Source: Paramecium tetraurelia
Lineage: Eukaryota
Assembly (NCBI GenBank): GCA_000165425.1
Contig: CT868074.1
Coordinates: forward strand, 124,001-188,000
Length of the DNA: 64,000 nucleotides
Reading direction: 5' to 3'
Positions within the stretch are counted from its first letter, which is position 1. Every line of letters begins with the position of its first letter. The notes below the pieces were generated by a model. It saw only the letters and a program-made list of their open reading frames with translations. It was not told where the DNA came from and did not search any database. Position numbers and translations under genes: made by a program. This document shows, one piece after another, positions 56,836 to 64,000 of this stretch.

Positions 56836-57461
56836 TCAAATTTCTTAGGCTGCATTCCCATGAACCTTTTATAACATTTAAAGTCTTTCCTTCAATTATT
56901 ATTGTTCACGATATTGTTGTTCATATATCTCTTTAACATACTTGATCTGCTCTACTTACTCTTTTATTAATGCTTAATTTTTGGTCAGATGTTCCAAGAA
57001 TATGGCATTTAAACTTTCCTCAATTGTCTTATCATCTATTAGGATTTCTCTGACTATTAAATAAAACTAAATCTTATACAATCTTAATTTTCTATATCGT
57101 GGAGCAGTTGTTTGAATTTTTATATTTTTATTGTATTTTGTACCTTTTGTTTTAATTAACTTTGCAAATCACCTAGAATTGCAAATTCATCTTTCTGCCT
57201 TTACTTTAACTCTTGCAATTTATGTTGTAATTATTACAGATCTTCTTTCTCCTAATTTTTTTCTAATTTTTAAAACTCAACTTTATTTTTTAATTGCTAA
57301 TCAACCGCCATTTAAATCTGCCTTAGTTTCCTCAGGATTTCCTCACCCTAGGGAGTGCGTAACAACCCACATTCATCCTTGAGATATTCAATAATTATTT
57401 TCTCTTGATAATGTATATATGATTTATCAATTCTTTGCTCAATTGGTAGTTGAAGAGCCAT
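56836..57461 (-). CDS. Coiled-coil protein, unknown function
   Basis: MALQLPIEQRIDKSYIHYQEKIIIEYLKDECG...HGNAAQEI*; one tiny intron restores the frame. Confidence 0.8.
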
Positions 57462-57495
57462 TTATTTTATTTTTAATATTTTGAACACACAATTA

Positions 57496-58720
57496 TCAAA
57501 ATTAATTGAAATGCTAATTAACCAAACCCATGACCTTGTTACAAAAATCCTTAAAAACAACTGGATGACCTCTGTATAATTGGAAATCGAGCAAGTGATC
57601 ATTATCATTGCCAGGTATCTAATTGTATAATAAGAGAAATACTTTGTAAATTTGAATGTTGAATATAATCTCTCTTGGAATATTCTTTTTCCTTACTTTT
57701 TGGTTTGATTTCGTTGTTTTCCTCTTTGAAATTAGGAGAAGTCAACTCACTCATATTTTGATCCTTTCTTCTCTTTTTCCTTTTGAAATTCATTGAATAA
57801 CCCAATATTCTAAATGTATTTAGTCATTTTAATCAAGTTCCTATGATAACACTTCAATTTAAAATCTGGTTAGTATTAAACTTCTATAAGCAGGTTTAAA
57901 TTGCATTTATGATTTATCTAGCCTAATATGGATAAATAACAGCCAAGGCATCCTTGGTTAGATCTTTCCCATAATCGTATGGAGCAGGCTTTTGGATTTC
58001 TTAGAGTCGAACATTTTCGAATGATTACCAGTCCAATTATTGTATTTTAGGATTGAATATCAAATCTTGTGTAGTTAAGTTATGCAGAGTCGTTGATGAT
58101 TCAATTCCCATCTATACTTACAGTAAATCATGGATCACCACGAATGATTTATCTTTTCTCTTTTGGGTATGCAATTTTAGATTTAATTATGAGACATTCC
58201 GGATGTCCTTAGATATTTTCCATCTTTCATAAAATTGCTGAGACCAAAATCAGCTGTTTTCACGACGTAATTATGATTTATCAATATATTTCAGGTTTAA
58301 GATCTCTATGAACAACAAGATTATTGTGGCGATATTCAATTCCACTTAATATTCATAAAAAGTAATTACGAGCTTCTGCCTCTGACAATTTACCTTTTTA
58401 GGCAATCAGATCAAATAGTTCACCTCTTTTGTGCATATTCCATTACTAAAAGTTGTCGTCAGGAGTATCAAATACTTCGTATAGTTTAATCACATTTGGA
58501 TGATTGAATTATCTCAGCAGCCTTATCTGACTTCTAATCTTAGCTTCCATTTTTGAGTTCTTTATCATTTTTTTGTTGATGATTTTAATTACTACTTAAG
58601 TGTTTGTGATATTGTTCTATATCACGTACACTTCGCTTTCCCAAAAGCACTTACACCTAAACCACCTCTTTCTATTATATAATGTTCAATTTATGGTGGG
58701 GCTTTACCTTATGATTACAT
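57496..58720 (-). pseudogene. AMPK-alpha/SNF1 kinase pseudogene
   Basis: HPNVIKLYEVFDTP, GELFDLI, VVHRDLKPE, ADFGLSNFMKDGKYLRTS and C-terminal HLLDFQLYRGHPVVF; multiple frameshifts, and kinase subdomains VIII-XI are deleted. Confidence 0.88.
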
Positions 58721-58846
58721 TATTTTTATTATAAATTTTACACAAATAAATAATTTTATTTACTCTTTGCCATTTTATTGTATAATCTAAATTTCTATTA
58801 TTTTCCAATTTGTTACTCCAAATAAATAGTTTATTTATTTAATTAG

Positions 58847-59873
58847 ATGATTAATTATCATATAAACACACTAAGAGGAATAGCTACAGACTATACGTCA
58901 GTTTTATTTGAGGATTTATTCTTCGATAAGAGTCATTTGAGCACTAATAAAATGGGTGCCATAAGTCTTTAGAATCTTGAATAATTAAGAGCTGATCCAA
59001 AGTCTATTATGGACAATTTGGTTATTAATGATGTGAATCAATTAGTACATGAATTGTCAAGTATGCCCTAATGTCTTATATGCACATCGTGTAATGATTT
59101 TGATAAAATGAATCGATTACTTTAATATTGTTAGCACATTGATATAGCCATTGGATATCAACACAACATCTCAAAATAGTTGAATAATCTGCCTCTTTAT
59201 TCAGTTGATAACCTAATCAAGAAATTAGAAATGGAAATAACCATGGGAACTAACAATCTAAAACCGGCATTTATAGGAATAATCAACTATGAAGAAATAG
59301 ATTTTAACAATCAAATTTGGATTAATATCATGGAGAGTTATATCTACTGTTCTGAGAGTTGTGGAATACCAATAGTGGTTGATCATAATCACAGATTGGA
59401 ATTCAAGGAGATTCAGCAAAAATATAATTTAAGAAAAGCCAAATTCATCATTCTAAATCCATATGTAGAAGTCAAGATTACAAAATAAAACTATTTTATA
59501 AAAAGAGAAATCAATATTGAGTCTGTTGATTTAAAATAGAAGATTGTGTTCAATAAAAACGAAGTGGACTATGAGTTGTATAGTTTATTGCCTGTCTATT
59601 TTACAGTTGGTATTAAGCATAAAACTCATTTGAAAATGTTTGGAGGTAATGGATTTGAGATTGTGAAATCAGAGACACAGGAGTTGTTCGATCTATTGAA
59701 GTGGTCTAGTTAGATTATCAAGATAGTGGAAATAAAAATGTGGAAATGTCCTATGTAATGAAATTGAATTAAAGAGTAGTTGTCAAAAAGAACAAGGAGA
59801 GAATGAAGAGAGATTCAAGAAGATGGGAAAAGAGTTCTGTAGCATGAAATGTTTGAGATAAGGATTGAATTGA
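58847..59873 (+). CDS. Phosphotriesterase-related (PTER-like) protein lacking metal ligands, with a C-terminal treble-clef Zn finger
   Basis: ISLQNLEQLRADPKSIMDNLVI, SVDNLIKKLEMEITMG..KPAFIG, CGIPIVV and IKHKTHLKMFGGNGF match PTER-family motifs. After a 25-nt intron (59755-59779) the tail reads WKCPICQKEQGENEERFKKMGKEFCSMKCLR. Confidence 0.8.
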
Positions 59874-59915
59874 TTCATTAAATAAATTAATAGTCGTTAA
59901 ATTTTAAATTATAAA

Positions 59916-60889
59916 ATGGATCAGAAGACTGAAAAGGCACTACTCGAATAATAGAATGAATTACTCGAGTTATAGTTATAAGAATTAAGGGAGAGAGAGG
60001 ATGGATACAAAATGTTTAATGAAACAATTCTAAATGCCTATAATTCAATGCAAAACGATGTTAATAAATAGAATGTAAAGTTAAAGTCCTATGCTTGTAG
60101 AGTTTAGTGTATAAACAGTTATAGTAGACTTTGGAATAATATTCTTAGGAGCTGATAGAATCTAAAAATAGGAACACTACGGTTCTAACCTAACTGGAAA
60201 AGGAGAATCGATACTTAAAAAACTATTTGGAATAGTTAGAATTCAAGATCTAAGAATAAACTTAAGTGTAGGAAAATGAACTTTCTGATTTGGAATAACA
60301 ATTTGAAGCTCTGCAATAACAGTAAGAAAGTACAATTGTTGTTAAGCCTAAGAAAAAGAGAACACAATAGGATAAGGAAAATAATAAACCTGAATAAGGA
60401 GGTGGAGGATGCATTGTGTCTCTTAAGCCTAAAAATGATGAAATTAAAAAGAAGGAGTTGTGCATCAGCAATGTGTTAAATTGTAGGGATTCCAATGTGA
60501 TGGAGATTTCTCATTTGGATTGGTTGGATTCAAATTCTCCCACTGGATTATTCAAACAATTTCAACTACACCAAAGAGGAAGGGATCGCTCTGATCATTC
60601 TTAAAGGACGCAGCAACCTCAATTATCTAAGAGAATCTTCAGGGATTAAGGAAGGAGTGAGGATAGTGTGAGTCCTCAATGTATGAGGAATGTGACTCCT
60701 AAAAATAATTATATTACTCCAGAGTCGAAATAGTTAAAATATGATGTGCAATAGGGCTTGATAAACAAGGCTGAACCCAATCCATAAAAGGCTGAGAAGA
60801 GGTCTTTGGCTGAATTTACTAAACAAATTAATTCTGTTAGATCAACTGAGAATTTTCAAATGATGCTCAGATAGAGTTCTATGGTTTGA
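59916..60889 (+). CDS. Coiled-coil / low-complexity protein, unknown function
   Basis: MDQKTEKALLEQQNELLELQLQELREREDGYKMFNETILNA... ending MMLRQSSMV*; one probable intron near 60075. Confidence 0.75.
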
Positions 60890-60997
60890 TTTAACTTTTT
60901 ATTTTTCATTCATGACAATCTAATTCAATTACATTAACATTAAAACTTATTGAGTTTTATTTATTATTATTTGATATTAAATTAATTCATCTATTTA

Positions 60998-61590
60998 ATG
61001 AATGAATATTGGAATTGTTAGGGGTTTCAGGATAGAAATCCTAGTAGCTTTGATTAATAAGGGAATCAGTTTATTTAACTAATTATTACAAACCTATCAC
61101 TTATCTTAGATCATTTCAATGAACAAAGGTTTTTGAATGTCCTACCACCTCTTGCTGAAATAACTGTGAGAAGCTTGTAATCATTATGGATTTCACATTA
61201 TATTTAGCCATTATGAAGCGAGAAAGTTGGCATAAAGTTCCGATGAACTATAAGAATATATTACTCAATATATGTTAGTTGATGGGAAAGCAGTAAAGCT
61301 TAATGACGCATTCCAATAACAGGAAAAAAAGAAATCTGCTTAGCTTTTACTACAGATCATAGACATGGCTAAGGGAACCATCCGTGAATGGTAAAATTTC
61401 CGTCATCAGCAAATAGATACAACCATATTTCAAGAGAAAGGTATACTTATTATTTGAGAGATTTTAGTCGATTTATTGTGTTAGAATTTCTAATTAGAAT
61501 AGCGCTAAAATTGTTGCAATGTATGCTAACTTATTTGATATTTATTTTATACAAAAATTTTAAATCTATGGTATATATGTATGTTTATTA
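60998..61590 (+). pseudogene. Small gene fragment or pseudogene
   Basis: Coding-like pieces joined by GT..AG segments (HYEARKLAQSSDELQEYITQYML; DFSRFIVLEFLIRIALKLL), but no unambiguous full ORF. Confidence 0.3.
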
Positions 61591-61604
61591 TAACCAAGAG
61601 CAAA

Positions 61605-63211
61605 ATGAGTAGGCCACAGTCTTGCAAAAGTAGAAAGAGCGAAGTCGACGAGTCCCTTTTTGGTATAAAATTAGTTCAAATTACCTTATAGGAAACAATA
61701 AAAGAAATGATGTTAAAACTGCTAAAGTAGTTTAGAGTGTTAGGAAGGGAGACACTACAAATCCAGATGTTGTTTTAATAGGAGAGGCAGAATTACAAAG
61801 AATGAAAGTTTGTTTCATCTTAAACTTTAGAATAATGCTATTGTAAAAACCAAGGATGAATAATTGTATTAGAAGAAACTCTTAGAGGAACAAAAGGAAA
61901 AGCAAATGACAGCTGCTAAGGCTAAGAAATAGAAAATGATCCAATTGGAAGAAGAAAAAAAGAAGCAAATTCCTTTGACTGCACAACAACAGGAAGATAA
62001 GGTAGTCAAGGACAGTCTTAATGCAAGGGTATTGATCAATTTTTGAATCTAGGCTGCTGAAATTTTGAATGAACAGTTAGATGACGTTAAAGAGATGAAC
62101 AAGATGGTTATGTATGCCAAGTGTGTTACAATCAGAGACAAACAACTCTAAGAAAAACAGTAATTGAAGGAAGAATTCAAAAATTAAGAGAAACGAAAAG
62201 ATCTTATGATGGAAATTGAAAGACTTAAATCAGTTAAATATTATGAAGAAAAAGATGTCGTTCATAAATAAGAATTGAAAGAAGGTCATGGCATTATTGT
62301 AGAACAAATTAAAGAGAGAGAGTTGATTAGACTCAAGGAAAAAGAGGAATAGGAGAGAGAAGGCTAAGTGATGATCAAGCAAATCAAATAAGTTCAAATT
62401 GAAGATCAACAAAAAAATCTATAAAGGAAACATATGTAGAAGAAGTTACAGGATGAAATTTTAGAAGCCAATTCAAAAGCCATTGTTGTTAAAGAAAAGA
62501 GAAGATTGGAAGAGAAGGAAGAAGAAGAAAAAATTGCCAAATACAATCTAGAAAAGGCATAGAAAGATGCAGAAATCATAGAGGAATAGAGGAGAATCAA
62601 AGAAGAAAAAGAAAGAGATGTTTAAAGATTAAGAGAAATGCAAGAGAAAGCCTAAGATAGATAAGCTGAATTGGATTTATTAAGAGCCAAAAGAGCCATG
62701 GAATAAAATGAAAGAGCTGCCAGAGAAAAAGAAAGAAAAGAAGCAGAACTCAGATAAAAATTAAACTCAGAATTATATTAAGCAAGAAAAGTTCAATAGA
62801 ATGAAAAATAAGAAAAGTTAGAAGAATAAGTACTTAAACATATTATTCTATCTAGGCTAGACTAGAAAGGGATGAATTCCAAAGGGTTATTCAAAAGCAA
62901 AAGCAAGAGCGTGAAAATGAACTTAGATTATAGTAAGAGAAAGAACATTTGGTTAAAAAACATGCTGAAGAGTTGAGAAAATAGATCTCTATGAATGAAG
63001 AAAAAAGAAAGTAAGAGGAAAGAGATAAGTATCTTATTGATATCAATTTCATAGACTTGAAGAAGGAAAAAAGATTAGAGATAAAATGATTAATGAGAAG
63101 AAATTATTAGAGAATATCAAGGATTAGAAATTGAAAGGACTCAATGATAATACAATACCTGATAAATATAAGGCTGAATTAGCAAAGAAGAAAATCAATA
63201 TCCAAATATGA
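61605..63211 (+). CDS. CFAP45: Cilia- and flagella-associated protein 45 (CCDC19; TPH domain)
   Basis: SEVDESLFG, EQLDDVKEMNKMVMYAKCVTIRDKQL, EKAQDRQAELDLLRAKRAME, IPDKYKAEL; four tiny introns. Confidence 0.93.
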
Positions 63212-63268
63212 TTCATCACAGATGCACATAAAAACTATATATTAATCCATTAATATATTTATTTTAAA

Positions 63269-64000
63269 TCAATTGATTTTGAATGATTTGTGTATTGTTA
63301 AGGCTTTAGCAAAATCGGTTCCATCTAGTTCTGCTATTTTTTATTTGATCTATTCCTACTTAAGTCTCTATTTGAAAATGGCATTATAATTAGTTTTGTA
63401 TGCACTATTTACGTTAAATCAAATGAATTACTTGATGTCTGTTCCTGCCTTATCTACTCTGATAGGGTTTGAAAGTTTCCAGTCTGGCTTATATTCATAT
63501 TTTACTCTAAATAATGACAATAAAATAACTTCATTTCTGTTTTTGGCACTAATTATGCTTTAAATCTGCTGAAGAGAGCTCTTAAACAGTTCAAAACTAA
63601 TTCTTAAAATTCTAATTCATCATTCATTTCAATCCAATTATCTAAAAACAATTTTGCTAAATCATTGAGTGGTTAAGCAAATTCAAGTTCTGAGCATTTC
63701 TTGAATTTGAACACATTATTTTATGGCTTTAATAATTTTTGTAAGTATCCGAATTCTGTTCCATAAGTTGTAGAAGTTTAATTTTTCCTATGCATTTCTT
63801 CTGCTTTCTTAAAACTGTTAAATAATCATTCAAAATTATTACTCTAACTCCTATTGATCAGTAAGTTCTTGCAATTGAACTGTGGGAGGCTTAGCTCTAT
63901 TATATAAGGAGAAATTAAACCTAAATAGTTTTCTTCCTTTATGTTTATAAATCGCACCGATCAATTAAAGTCCTCTGGCTTCCTTTTCACTTGCAATGTA
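63269..64000 (-). CDS. 3' part of an uncharacterised protein (5' end outside the window)
   Basis: Spliced frame ...LAKLFLDNWIEMNDELEFQELVLNCLRALFSRFK...IAELDGTDFAKALTIHKSFKIN*. Confidence 0.75.

Overview
This is very AT-rich, gene-dense eukaryotic DNA with the hallmarks of a ciliate macronuclear chromosome, most likely Paramecium. TAA and TAG encode Gln, TGA is the only stop, GT..AG introns are 20-31 nt, and intergenic spacers are very short. The supplied ORF track uses the wrong code, so I read the genes by hand with translation table 6. About 25 apparently intact genes are present: a giant Cys-rich/beta-helix/multi-TM surface protein, an ankyrin protein, an EGF-TM-RING ligase, RPL12, an HTH protein, TGS1, a NEK kinase, a HYPK-like protein, a TTLL, a GUP1-like MBOAT, two tandem membralin-like genes, a degenerate TM histidine-kinase-like protein, an ATG2-like protein, an IP3R-type Ca2+ release channel, an LMBRD2-like protein, GCN5, a phosphotriesterase-like protein and CFAP45. 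Decaying pseudogenes lie between them; the CDPK and AMPK copies are clear. I found no CRISPR array, rRNA, tRNA or intact transposon. The best leads are: a metal-site-dead phosphotriesterase fused to a treble-clef Zn finger; a GC-rich 67-aa microORF with a PP1-docking RVxF motif; a 9-bp gap between the LMBRD2-like gene and GCN5; a CpG-rich hairpin in the ITPR/LMBRD2 divergent spacer; and two further probable pseudoenzymes. Family calls come from remembered motifs, not database searches, and coordinates are hand-counted.
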